From Phyllosticta citribraziliensis (lineage: Eukaryota), in the NCBI RefSeq assembly GCF_038025025.1, contig NW_027117339.1, positions 124,001-188,000 on the forward strand: a stretch of 64,000 nucleotides of DNA. The letters are read 5' to 3'. A program made the position numbers and the translations under genes. The notes below the pieces were generated by a model, which saw only the letters and a program-made list of their open reading frames with translations, did not search any database and was not told the origin of the DNA. Of this stretch, positions 1-12,384 are shown one piece after another; positions within the stretch are counted from its first letter, which is position 1; the number at the start of each line of letters is the position of its first letter.

Positions 1-764
1 AAAAGGTGCGCAGGATACCGGCGTAGATGAATCCACCCCACCAGTCACCCCAGCCAAGACCAGAAACCAGGGTGGGAAAGATGAGACTCATGAAGATGAC
101 GACCTTGATGTAGTGGCGGTGCTGCCAGACAACGACGGGGTCATCGTTCAAGTCGGAGATGTCGGTCCTGCCAATACGCTTGGGGTTTTGCTTCATGACC
201 ATCCAACCAAGGTGAGAGTACAACAGACCCCTGGAGCCGTTAGCTTCATGGTGCAACGCTGGTGATGTGGGAGAAAACATACTTGCGGACGGAGTAGGGG
301 TCCTTGTCGGTGTCGGTGTAACGGTGGTGAGCACGGTGGTCCCTGGACCACCATCTGATGGAGCCCTCGACGGCGCCGCCACCAACGGCAGCGAGGAAAA
401 TCTTGAGGGGAAGCGAGGCCTTGTAGGAGCTGTGGGCCCAGAGACGGTGGTAGCCAGCAGTGATGCCAAGACCGGTCCAGTAGTAGTAGATGATGGACCA
501 AACGAGCGTCTTGAGGCAGAGAGGAGTCCAGAGGGCGACCAAGAGACCGGTCAAGGGAACACCGCCGATGAAGGTGACATTGAGCCAGTTGACGTGCTGA
601 TACCAGTTTTCCCAAGTGATGGGGTAGTCGGTGATGTGCTTTTTGGTCGGGTCGTACTTGGGGTTGCGATTTGGCTCCGAGGGCTTGGCCATGGGCGAGG
701 GCTGGGTGGAAGAGAATTCAGGCTTGATGGCCTGCTCGCCGGCGACGGCCTGGTGGGAGGGCAT
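1..764 (-). CDS. OLE1: Delta-9 fatty acyl-CoA desaturase (5' part; gene runs off the left edge)
   Basis: ATG at 764 ([11 protein letters not shown]); [11 protein letters not shown] and [11 protein letters not shown] histidine boxes; GT-AG intron 231-282 with GCTAAC branch point joins DPYSVRK to [10 protein letters not shown]. Confidence 0.95.
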
Positions 765-3593
765 GTTGTGGAGAAGCAGCAGCTGTCGAAGCTGGCGGGG
801 GCGAGAAGTTGAGGACGGGCCCAGGTAGAGGTGTGTTGGTGAAAGGCGGGCGACGGGGGAGAGAAAAAGGGTCGCTGGGGAGGGGATTGGAAGGGAGGGG
901 AGAGGGAGGGCGAGCAAGTGCTTTTGAGCGGCATCAGTCAATGACAGAAGAGATGGGTGGTGTGTTTGCAGTTCCCCGGTTTGGTTTGCCCCAACCCCAA
1001 CCGCCGAGACGAAGCCGGGATGCAACTTCTCAACGGAATTGGCGCACGGACCACTACTCGTCCTCCATCGCTCCAGGTCCGGCTCTCTCTCCCGTCCACC
1101 ACTACTGTACCTATGTACCATCACCACCACCACCACCACTACATCACCGATATGCGCCGACGTCTGCTCCATTCTCCTCACTCGGCCGATATCCACCCAG
1201 CTTCCAGCCATCCACCGGCACCCATTGGATTCCTCCCCGCCCGCCACCCACGGCACCTCTCAGCCCTCAGCCCTCACCTCAGCCCTACGCCCGGCCATAT
1301 GCACATGTCCCTGTCACTCGTACCCGACCTCGGCTGACGCTACAAATGTACAACATGTTGTTGAGATCCATACGCCGTACTCTCTGCTTCACATGGCTTG
1401 CAACACACGCCTTCCGACTGGTCCGCTACACTTTCCAACGGCCGAATGCGCCACGCCACACCCACGACTCTCGTCCACTCCTCAACCACATGCAACCTTG
1501 CCCATCATCTGCCCGCCACCTGATACGGACGACCACTTGGTTGGAACTTGGAGTGTGTAGGCAAAGTCACAGCGACTTGATACTTGCACATGCTGCTACC
1601 CCGTCCCAAAATGCCGGGTCCTGTCCGAAGCCTCCCGACTCCGAAACGGTTGAACTGGAGGCTGGCTTGGCTGCTCCAGCTTGACCTCGTGTGCTACCAT
1701 CGACACTCTACATGACCACCTGTCCCTCCTGTGAAATCACGCTCAACCTCTCTTGCAATGCTCGTGCCCTCGCTCCTTGCGCCGTCGCGCCATCGTGGCA
1801 ATGGTCACGGCGGCGGCAACGGCACGGGACGCCCCAGCCAGCCTGCGGTCCGTCACGCTGTCGCCCCCTTCGACCGAAGCAAAATTCGACGGCCCAACGG
1901 CAACAAGAAACGTAGCCTTGACCACTCTATTCCAACCTCCGGCCGAGAGTGAGACTTGTCAAAACCGTCCATGACGCCTTTTATCAACAAAAACAGCATC
2001 TTGATCCGTTGACATGTCCACTTTGTTCATTTCCGTCAGGGCATGAACCAGGCCACTCTGACTCTGACGCTCTTCGAGCAACCGCCGCAGACTCATACAC
2101 CTCCAAACATGTGGCAGATTGTTCCACTCGAACCCATCTCCTTTGTCCAGAACCAAGTCCACCATCTCAAACTGCGGATGGTTGCCCAGGCATGGAGCAT
2201 GGCGTGACTTTCGGAGTCTCCTTTGCGATTGTCGAGCCCACGGTGATCAAGTCTCCACTCTAGACAGATCTAGCATCTCGTACCCAGCCACAGGTGGCTT
2301 GTGAGAAATTCAAGCGCAGAGCCGCACCGCCTGCTCCTGAGAAAACGCTGTTGCTTGGTTCAAGCTAAGCTGAAAATACATGGCGCGCCAGACTTTCTTC
2401 TCTCCCGCAAGGAACGCACTATACGGACGTAGGGTATCCGGATGGCGTGAGGAAGAAAGAGGCAGAGAACCTGGAATGCTTTACGGCCCCAGTTCCCGAC
2501 CAATGTCCCCCGACGTGCAAGAGGTCCATGGAAGACAAATTCCAAGCTGCCTGGGAGCTCCAGCACGTGCCGGCGGAGCAAGAAAAGGTACTGGCGACTA
2601 TGACGATGGGTAATCCATTTCGTCTCCGCAGTCTGCAACCCGCACTCCAGTCTGGCCCGCGGCGAGGGAGCTGCAGACCCGACCCGACCCCGGCTACCAC
2701 TCTGACCAATGGCCGCCCGCTCTCCTTATCAGCACATCCCACCACCACGACCGCACACAGCACTTTTTACCAAATGCTCTGCGCCTTTGCCTCCTTTCAG
2801 CACCTCTCAACCCTGGGTGGCTTCGAAAGGGTCGCCTTCCAGCAAGGCTCCGAAGCAGTCTTCAAGTCTATCTGCTAGCACACGACTGGCGCAGTCTTCG
2901 ACATATACCATGCGCCTCCATCGCTCAACCAACAAATACTGGCAGCTGAAGTCAATCCTCTTGTAATCAGTCGACGATCAAGCAGCAAAGCGCGCAGTCG
3001 GCCGCGTCCGAGCCGCGCTGTCTGCCGGTACGCGACAGCTTGGGGCGACGCTGGCGCTGATATCAATGTCTGACTCGGCAATCCAATCATTTCCGACGCC
3101 ATATCGATAGCATTCACCATCCCAGATGATATATGGGACCGGGGCCACGGACATGGGTCAGCAGAAAAAAACATCGACTACCAGTCTAGCTGTCTACATT
3201 TACACTGGGCTTCGAGCTTTGTCGTTGTTTGACTCTTGTCGGCGCACAACTCGAAATTCGACGTGCCAGCAAGCTACGCCTCGCTTTGCCTCGTCTCGAG
3301 CAAGCCGGCATTGTCAGAGGAAGCGCGACGCCTCGCCACGCGCCACGAGATCTTTGCACCACCACGGCTTACCCCACGGCCGACCTACCTGCTGACAAGC
3401 AATCTTTGACGACACGCGCAGCAACAACCTGGCCTCGCCGCAAAGCAGCTAGTTGTTCATTCCGGACTGCTGGTGGTATTTCTGGTTCAAGAGCTGTGCA
3501 ATTAGTCTGCTAGCCGAAGAGGTTGAAAGAGCACGGGTTCGACGTAACCCCGTTTCAAAAGTCGAAAGCCAGAAAGTGGGATCACGCTGTAAG

Positions 3594-5470
3594 ATGGGTG
3601 TCCTTGGCTCCGGCGGAAAAGGATGGAGAAGCGTGGTTGAAGGTATGAAACGGACGTTTTTGACCAGGTGAGTTTATTTTGCCATTGAGCTTGAATGCTC
3701 AACTGCCAGCTTCTAGACTGGATCGTCTTTACGAGTCCACTGACACTGTCTAGAGAAGGACTTCTCGGGAGCTACGACTATGGTTTTCTCTTCCGTCCAA
3801 ACCTACCCTTCATGCGACGGGTCCGCCGAGCGGCCCCCTTTTTTGGTCTCAACGACAGCATGCCTGTATTTCTGGCAATTCTGCTCGGCTTCCAGCACGC
3901 GCTGGCAATGCTGGCTGGAGTCATCACGCCGCCCATCATCCTTGCGTCGTCGGCCAACTTTACGACTGAGCAACAGCGCTACCTCGTCTCGACTTCTCTG
4001 ATTGTTTCTGGCATCCTGTCAGCCGTGCAAATCACGCGCTTCCACATTTACAAGACGCCCTACTATCTAGGAACGGGCCTCCTCTCCGTCGTGGGCACGT
4101 CCTTTTCCACCATCACCGTCGCTTCGGGTGCGCTGTCTCAAATGTACAGCTCTGGCTTTTGCCCGACGGACGCCAGCGGCACCAAGCTGCCTTGCCCCGA
4201 GGGCTACGGCGCCATCATCGGCACCGCCGCGCTGTGCGGGCTCCTCGAAGTCTTCATGTCGTTCCTGCCACCGCGGACGCTCAAGCGGCTCTTCCCGCCC
4301 ATCGTGACGGGGCCGACAGTCATGCTGATAGGCGTGTCGCTGATCCAGACGGGCTTCGAGGACTGGGCGGGCGGCAGCGGTGACTGCTTCAGCAACCCAG
4401 TGGGCACATCAGCACTCTGTCCGTCGACGTCTGCGCCGCGGCCTCTCCCCTGGGGATCGCCCGAGTTCATCGGGCTCGGGTTCCTCGTCTTCGTGACGAT
4501 CATCCTGTGCGAGCGGTTCGGATCCCCCATCATGAAGAGCACGGCCGTCGTCATCGGGCTACTGACGGGCTGCATCGTTGCGGCGGCGTGCGGCTACTTC
4601 GATCGCTCCGGCATCGACGCGTCGCCCGCGGCCTCGTTCATCTGGACACACACGTTTCCGCTGAGCATCCACGGGCCGCTGGTGCTCCCGCTCCTCGCCG
4701 TCTTCATCGTCTGCGCGATGGAGGCCATCGGCGACATCACAGCGACGTGCGACGTATCGCGGCTCCCCGTGCACGGCGCGACCTTCGACAGCCGCATCCA
4801 AGGCGGCGTGCTGGCCGACGGGCTCAACAGCATCATCGCGGCGCTGGCCACCATCACGCCGCTGTCCGTCTTCGCGCAAAACAACGGCGTCATCGCGCTG
4901 ACGCGCTGCGCCAACCGCGGCGCGGGCCTCGCCGCCGCCGCCTGGCTCGTCGTCATGGGCGTCTTCGCCAAGTTCGCCGCCGCCCTCGTCGCCATCCCCT
5001 CCCCCGTCCTCGGCGGCATGACGACGTTCCTGTTCGCCAGCGTCGCCGTGTCCGGCATGCGCATCGTCGCCACGGTGCCGTTTACGCGCCGCAACCGCTT
5101 CATCCTGGCCGCCGGCCTCGCGCTCGGCTTCGGCGCCACACTCGTCCCGTCGTGGTTTGATCGCGTCTTCCCCGACCGCTCGGGCAATCAGGGGTTGCAG
5201 GGCCTCTTCGACGCCATCGTGCTGGTGCTCGAGACGGGGTTTGCGGTCACGGCGTTCGCGACGCTGCTTCTCAACCTGATCATTCCGGAGGAGGAGCCCG
5301 AGGCGGACGAGGAGGTCGTCGTCCCCGTCGAGAGCGAGCTTGTTGCGGATGAGCACGAGGACGGCGAGGCGGGCGTTGATGTGGAGAAGGCGGGCAGTGT
5401 TGCGAAGGGGGCGAGTGGGGAGGTGGTGCAGACGCAGACGGCTGCCGGGGGTGCGGCGGGGAGTAGGTAG
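3594..5470 (+). CDS. Uric acid/xanthine permease, NAT/NCS2 family (UapA/UapC-like)
   Basis: Exon 1 MGVLGSGG...FLT, intron 3668-3753; GFQHALAM motif and NAT signature FAQNNGVIALTRCANR; many hydrophobic segments. Confidence 0.93.
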
Positions 5471-5769
5471 AAGAGACGGACGGAAGAGTAAGGCGAAATG
5501 CAAGTAAGAAAGAAAGAAGAGAGAGATGGGGTCCACGTAGATAGAGATACATAAAGTGCAGTAGTACATGGCATGTATAGACTGGTACGTACAGCAGAGA
5601 GACAGAGAGAGACATAAAAAGCACAAGACATAAGATCTCAATGACCCATTCCCATTAATTCAAGATGCTTTCATTGTGCTGCTTGCTCTTTTGCAATACA
5701 TACTGGTCCAACTACTCCTACCACCACCACAGCTCGGCTCACCACAGCGCAGTAACGACGACAATTAAC

Positions 5770-6930
5770 AATGACAGCAGCAGCAGCAGCAGCAGCAGCA
5801 GCGTACAACTAGCTACATAGGTAGATAAGTAGGTACCTCTGCTGCTCTGTTCGGCAATACCACCACCAGACATTGGCATCCACTTCCTGTGCCTGCCTGC
5901 CTCCCTCCGCGGCTCCCCATCCATCGCCCATCGCCCTTCATCTCATCTCATCTTAGACCTCCTACCTACCTCACCCAGGTACTCTGCCTGCTAAGTACTC
6001 ACCTTCTCCCCACCGCCGAACAACAACAACAGATCGACAACGGCGCAGAAAGAAGCGCACGGCGGGTGGCCCTTTCAATCGACAATCGATGGAAACGACG
6101 GAGGCCCCCCCCCCCCCCCCCCCCCCCCCCAAAGACAGAGGAAAAGTTGAAAGGGGCTTGCTTGGGACGAGTTACTACTACTGCTACTACCGTACTACTA
6201 CTACTACTACTTTCACTGCTACTACTGCTGCTACCTTACTACCGCCGTTACCACACCGCTGCTAGCATACCAATCAAACAACGCTCAAACGAGCACCACC
6301 ACCATCTCGGCCGCCACGACGAAAACAAAAAAAACAAGCCGTTGATTGAGTGGCCCAAGAAGACGGAAGGCGAAGAAGGGAAAAACGAAGACGAAGAAGA
6401 ATTTTGAGAAGGAAAAGAAGAAGAAGAAGAAGAGAAGTGGGAATAAGACGACGGACTACTACTACCACCACGACTGCTGCTGCTGTCGTCGCCGCAAAAC
6501 GACTTGAAAAGTGCCAAAAAGCACAGAAAAAGAGCCACTGCCTGACTGACTTGTAAACTAAGATCTCCCCCCCCCCATCCGTCCATCCGTCCGTTCGATC
6601 GTTTCGTTCGTGAGTGACATGTGTAGAGGTAAGAGAGAAGAAGAAGAAGAAGAAGAAGCGAAAAAGCAAAAAGGGGGGATAGAGAAGAGGAAGAGGAAGA
6701 AGAAGAGCCGCCTCGTCATCGCATCAGCCTCCGCCGACAACAACGACAACGACAACGAAGAAGTCGAAGAAGAAAAACAAGACTAAAACGCGGAAACCGA
6801 CTGCTAACCTCTCACCAGCCATCGCACGCAAGGATGCCTCCCTCCTACACCTCCGCGCTCTCCTCGCGAACAAAAAAAAAAAAAAAAAAAAAGCCGCAAG
6901 ACGGAAGGGAAGAAAAAAAAAAAACAAAAC
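5770..6930. repeat. Microsatellite/low-complexity cluster between convergent genes: (CAG)n, poly-C, (CTA)n, (GAA)n, poly-A
   Basis: (CAG)n ~5775-5802, C-run ~6105-6130, CTA runs ~6173-6240, GAA runs ~6415-6430 and ~6637-6658, A-runs ~6872-6925. Confidence 0.9.
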
Positions 6931-7287
6931 GACAACAAAGATGAGAAAAATGTCGTTGAAACAATGATTGCTTGCTCGCCGCACCGCGCCCTGCAATACA
7001 ACAGATTTCCGTCCGTCCGTTCGTTTGGTGGTATTGTCTTCGGTCACACCGAAAAAGACGTCGTTTGCGTCCATCCCATCCCATCCAGCATCGTCACGCC
7101 GCTTTTTGCGTCGTGATCGATTCGAGTTATAAGCATGCCTGCCTGCCTCTCTTTTTCTTTGTTTCCCCACCACACCCTCCCGCGCCTGTCGTGTTCTTGG
7201 ATGCGTTTTTGCTTGCGTGCTTGCTTGCAGAGAAGATGCCCAGCTTTTGTCGAATCAAAAATAAATGTCGCGCCCGATCTCCGCACT

Positions 7288-9415
7288 TTATTGCGTGGGC
7301 GACACCCACAGGACGAGCTTCGGACAGCGCGCAATGGCATCCTCCAACGAGGCGTCGTTTTCAATGGGATAGTAGATGCCATCGGCCTCGTCGCGGTACT
7401 CGATGAGCAATTCTTCTCTTAACGCATCCTTGCCTCCGTTCTCCAGCGCGCGGCGCTCCTGCAATTTCTTGTACAGGTCGCCGAATCGGAAGTATGCGGG
7501 CATGCGGATCACGACGCAGTTGTCCTCTTCTAGCCATACCTTGATCTTGTGCGCTCCGACGCCGGTGCCGCCTTGGTTGGAGCCCATGGAGGATTGGGTG
7601 ATGGCGCTGTTGTTTCGCTTCATGGGCGGTTGGGATTGGTGTGAGGGGTGTGACCCGTGCGACGCGTGCGATTGGTGAGGGTGGAGGGATTGCGCTTTTG
7701 ATACCTGGCGCGTGTGATTGCTGCCTCGCAGGTTTCCAGTCGACGACTGCCGCGAAGCGCCGGCCGAGTGATCTGTCGCCGACTGCTGAGACGCCCCCGA
7801 GAGCCTGTAGCCGTCGGCGCTTACAGTCGGGTCGATTTCGTAGTCGTCGTTCCGCGGTCTGAAAAACTGGCACACCAAATCCGAGCGTGTGACATGGGGG
7901 CCAAGCTTGAGCAAATTCTTGATGTAGTCGTCCAGATTTGCGCGCCGACCATTCGTAATGTTGTCGGTGACGTACGTGACCGGGCCCGGCATGTACGGCA
8001 GCGTCCTTTCCACCCCTTCTACCTGGCCAGCCTCGAGCGGGAACGCGTTGATGAGTTTGATTTGCAAGTCGTAAAAGTCTTGATATAATCGCGAGAGCTC
8101 CCAGCATGTGCCATCTTCCATTTGACATTCGACGATGAACCAGAAGATGTCGTTCGCAAAGCAGTACCGCGGCACGCTGGCGCTGACGGGCGCGGCGAGT
8201 TTGGGTTGAGGCTCGGGTTCGTGCGACTTGCGGTAGCCGTAGTTTTGCGCGGCGCTTCCGGCGCGAGAGTGAGACTGTGGACTGCGGTCAGCACACCATT
8301 GGCCATCTCTCCGAATCGCACCTACATTGCCGTTGTACCCGTTGGCGCCATTGCTGCGGGTGCTCGTCCTATCGGCGCCCTGCTGCGTTTGCGGCGTATT
8401 CGCATCGAGCTTACCAAGAGGGATGCTACCATTCTTGTATTCTGCCGCCATCTTCTTCCACTCCTCGACGCGGGGTACGCCAGCGGCGCGCACAGCTTCA
8501 TGCGGGTCGGGCACTGCCTGGCCGGTCGTCATGTCGCGAATTTCGATAAAGGAGACGGGAATGAGACCGGGGCCGCCCAGGCGCGTAATGGGTTTTGCGA
8601 CGAACCATTCCGGGTTGGATTGGGCGATGACGATGATGGCCTCGCCCTCCTTGGCTTCGAGCTCGTCGGGGCGCTCGGCCTTGAAGTCGTACATGACGAC
8701 GCCGTAAACCATGGCGCCGGTTCCCTTCATAGATTTGGAGATGCGCAGTGGTTTCGCGTCGTGCTCAGCCGAAGTCTTTTCTGCGTAGCCAGAGTCGTGA
8801 CCGGCGCTCGGTAGGTTGCCGATCTCAGCGACGGATCCGCCGCTGTCCCTGACGGTTTTGCCGACAATGTCAAAGTACTTTACTGGAACGAGGCCGCGGG
8901 TGCCGTGCAGCGGGTTGCATGCCTCGTACCAATCGGGGTCGTTTTCGCGGCCGACGACGTGCAAAAAGTCGCCTTGGGTGAAGCTGAGATAATGGTCTTG
9001 TTCGGGGGCCTGGTAATCGTAGAGAGCTTTAATGACCTGGGGGTCGCGATGGGTTAGCGAGAGTGGCAGTAATTTCGGAATTACGGTGCAAATCCCAGGG
9101 ATGGTGGTAAGGCTGGGCTGGGGGGTCGGATTGCTTTGGCTCGCAGTCGCAGGCAGTCGGCGGCGCGGCGGGCGGGCAGACAGGCATTGGCGAGGCTCTG
9201 GGAAGGTATCCGTACCTTTTTCGGTGGCACGATGGCTATGGCATCTTTTGGAGGAATGGAAATGTGCTGCGGCTTGAGGTCCGCTTTGTTGTCGCTGCTC
9301 TTGATGGATCTCCGGAACTAGGACTCGTGTCAGCTGGCGCACAGGGTCCACAGACCACAGACGACCCCTCGGCGGTGCGGTGGGTGGGCGCGCAGAGCGG
9401 ACTGACCTTCACCAT
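7288..9415 (-). CDS. BEM1: Polarity scaffold Bem1/Scd2 (SH3-SH3-PX-PB1)
   Basis: Spliced N-terminus MVK|FRRSIK...AIVPPKK|VIKALYDY; second SH3 YGVVMYDFKAERPDEL; PX-like LSRLYQDFYDLQ; PB1-like IKVW...IEYRDE; in-frame intron 8275-8325. Confidence 0.93.
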
Positions 9416-9597
9416 GGCGATTCGGCGTGAGAGGAGCGCTCCAGCGGGGTGAAGCAGCGACGAGGGCGACGGGCTGACGGGCGTGTAACGGTGAGAAGTG
9501 TGATGCGACGGGGCCGGACTGGGCGAGTACGTAAGGTAGGTAGCCTGGGCGAGGGAGGTGGTGGTTGGAGAGGTGGTGAGGGCGAGGAGGAGCAGAC

Positions 9598-9680
9598 CTG
9601 ACCAGACTGGACTGGACTGGCTGGCTGGCTGCTGGCTGCTGGCTGCTGGCTGCTGGCTTCTGGCTGGCTGGCTGGCTGGA
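9598..9680. repeat. (CTGGA)/(CTGG)/(CTGGCTG) simple repeat upstream of BEM1
   Basis: Visible tandem gactg/ggct/gctgg units. Confidence 0.7.
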
Positions 9681-10485
9681 CCGATGGGGCTTGGGGCTCT
9701 CGGTGCCGGTGCAAGGTTGTGGGCGCGGGCGGCGTCGCAGGCGGGCTCAGGAATGGGTGGCCGGGGATGGATGGATGGATGATGACACGAAGGAAGATGA
9801 GAGCGGTCTTCTCTTCTATCGAGTCCTCTTTGTTGCCGTCGTCATTGGATTGGGCGCAAATCAAGACTCCAGCAACGGCACCGAACCAACAAAGGCGGCA
9901 CACTCGCGCGCGCCTCGTGCTCCAAGCCACGGCGACACGCAACAATGGAATAAATGTATACACAGTCTGTGCGGCGATGGACCCGGCTCCACCGTTGAGC
10001 GACTCTCTTCCTACGCGCCCAACTGCACATGCGTCCGACGTCATGGCGGGGGTGCTCCATGTCCTCGCAATTCAAGACTCCAAGCCTGTCATTACTACTG
10101 CCTCTAACGTCTGACTACCCCTCTCCATTTGTCACCTCTGCTCAGTCCCTCGTCCGCGCATGACGCTCGGCTGCAACGGAAGCCCTCAGTTTCGGACAAA
10201 GCGACCCTCTACATGTCGACGTCGACATGCGCCAAGTCGGCCCAACCATCAACCTGATTGCGGCCCTTGACATCCGACGCACGCCTCACGCTCCATCGCC
10301 CGCCTGTCGTGGCTCCCACCCATGGGCCAAGCCACCAAGGAACGCCCTGCCGCTGCTAGCGGCGCTGACGCTGACGCGCATCCATCTCCCCAGCTTGACC
10401 CACTTCCGCACGCTACGGTCCGAGCTGCAGAGCCGCTTGACCCATCGCCATTCTATTATAGTCCTTCGTCGCAGGGAGCCCTCCT

Positions 10486-12125
10486 TCACATCTGACCCTT
10501 GAGATCGACGCGTCGGAATGCTTGCGCCTTGGCCTGCGCAAAGAGCTGTGCCGATTGCCCGCTGCTGTGGAACACCACCACGTCGTCGCTCTTTTGCTCC
10601 AAAAAGTCTTGCGCTCCCCGGTCACACAGAAACTGGAGGCAGTCTTGGAAGCTCTCAAACCCCAGCTCGTCCGTGAGGAATCTGATGTCAAGATGCGGTT
10701 TGTACCTGCCACGCGTCAGCTCGCGTCATCTTGCCACGCCCGACGGGACTCACGCTTTGCACATGTTAGCCAGGGCCGCCAGGCGCTCACGCAGGATGAA
10801 CATGTCCATCAGGTAAGCGCCCATGTTGGGCGTGTCGAGGTACAGTCTGAAGAATTTGTGGTAGTTGCCCAGCGCCAGAGCAGAGCGCACGTCGAGCGCG
10901 TGCTTGACTGCCGGCTGAGACTTGTCTGCAGAGGTTAAATCGGCCAGAACCTCGTTCATGTCGGTTCGGTTTTGCGTGTATATGAAGTAGAGAATACGAT
11001 ATGCCAGAAATTCCGCCGGGTGGCCGCCGAGATTCAGGGCGTAGAGTGCACGCAGCTGCGTCTGGCACTGATTATACTCACCAAGGTCGCCCTTTTCCAG
11101 CGCGATGCGCGCGTGGATCTCGTAGACCGTCACGGTAAACTCATTCTTGATGTGTTGAACAGTCAGGTCCTGGCGGAGCGACTTGAACTGGTCGCAAATG
11201 TACGCGTAGTTTCCTTCCTTTTTCCACTTGGCCTTGAGATGCTCCAGCGTCTTCTCCAGCACTGGCAGCGGACGAACCGTCTCCGGCTTGGGCGGGGCCG
11301 TCAGGCGAAGATATCGCTTTTCCAGGTTCTGGCAGATGCCGACGACCGGCCCGTCGTTGACGTCGCTTGGCGAGTCGTCGCGCGACGACGCGTTCCAAGG
11401 ATGCGGCGAGCGGGGTCCGGCCTTGTCGCTCTCGAATCGTTGTCGTCGTCTCTCCAGGTCCGTCATGTACTTACTTGAGCCGTTGGGAGGGCTGATGTGG
11501 TGGCGCTTCTCCATGCGGTCGGACAGGCTGCGTACTACGGGTGAGGGGGGTTCAATGCGATCTTCAATCCTTCGTTTGTTAGTTCTCCTCCACGGTGGCA
11601 ACGACTCATCATCAGCATTGGTAATGCCCTCGGGCGATTTGCGCTTCTTGGCCGAGGGGCCGTCACCGTCCTTCATGGTCTTTTCTGGGGTCGCATTGTT
11701 GTTCCTCCAGGGTGCTCTGTCAAGGTTGGCCGTCTTGGCTCGGCGGTCTAAAATGAGCTGTTGCGGCAGCGGGTGGCTATCCCAGTCGGTCGTGTACAGC
11801 GCATTTGCTTCGGTAGCCTCGGTGATGACCTTTTTGAGCGTCTTCTCTAGTTCTTCACGGGTGATGCCGGCTTGCATGGCCTCGGGGGCGAAGGAGCGCT
11901 GGACGTAGAGGCGAACAGATGGAGGCCACTTTGGGGGAGCAGAAGCAGGGGGTGGTGGGGCAGAGTCGGGTTTGTCAAACGAACGACGAGCAGAGACGGC
12001 ATTGTAGGCGGGCGCGGGGGCTGAGGGTCAAGTCAGCAGCGCGACGAACAAGGGCGCGTTGAGGACTTACGATTCATGGAAGGCGTAGCTCCAGCGGCCG
12101 GACGCCACGGAACCGAGGCGGACAT
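10486..12125 (-). CDS. SAC3/GANP-domain protein (Thp3/LENG8-like)
   Basis: LEKRYLRLTAPP, YICDQFKSLRQDLTVQHI, VYEIHARIALEKGDLGEYNQCQTQL; introns 12021-12070 and 10706-10753; C-terminus VDLKGQM*. Confidence 0.9.
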
Positions 12126-12384
12126 GATGTAGCAAAGGTGCGTACGCAGGAGAGCAACGAAGATGACAAGCCGGCGGGACAGTAAGAAGGTGGACGGTGA
12201 TGTGGTCGTGGGAGAGGGTAGGTGTTTGGTAGGAAGGGAGTTCAGTGGTGAGTCGGTGCGCGCCCGAAGACTCGGCCGGCTTAGCGAACCAAACGGCCGC
12301 GTCTTGGCGCTGACGGCACGCGCCCAAGGAAGCGGTCCGGGTCGACAGCTCTCGAGCTGCACCGCTGCGTCCAGTCTTCCTTCA

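Noticed and set aside
5889..7173. ORFs across the microsatellite region
   Set aside because: Homopolymeric translations of simple repeats between convergent 3' ends
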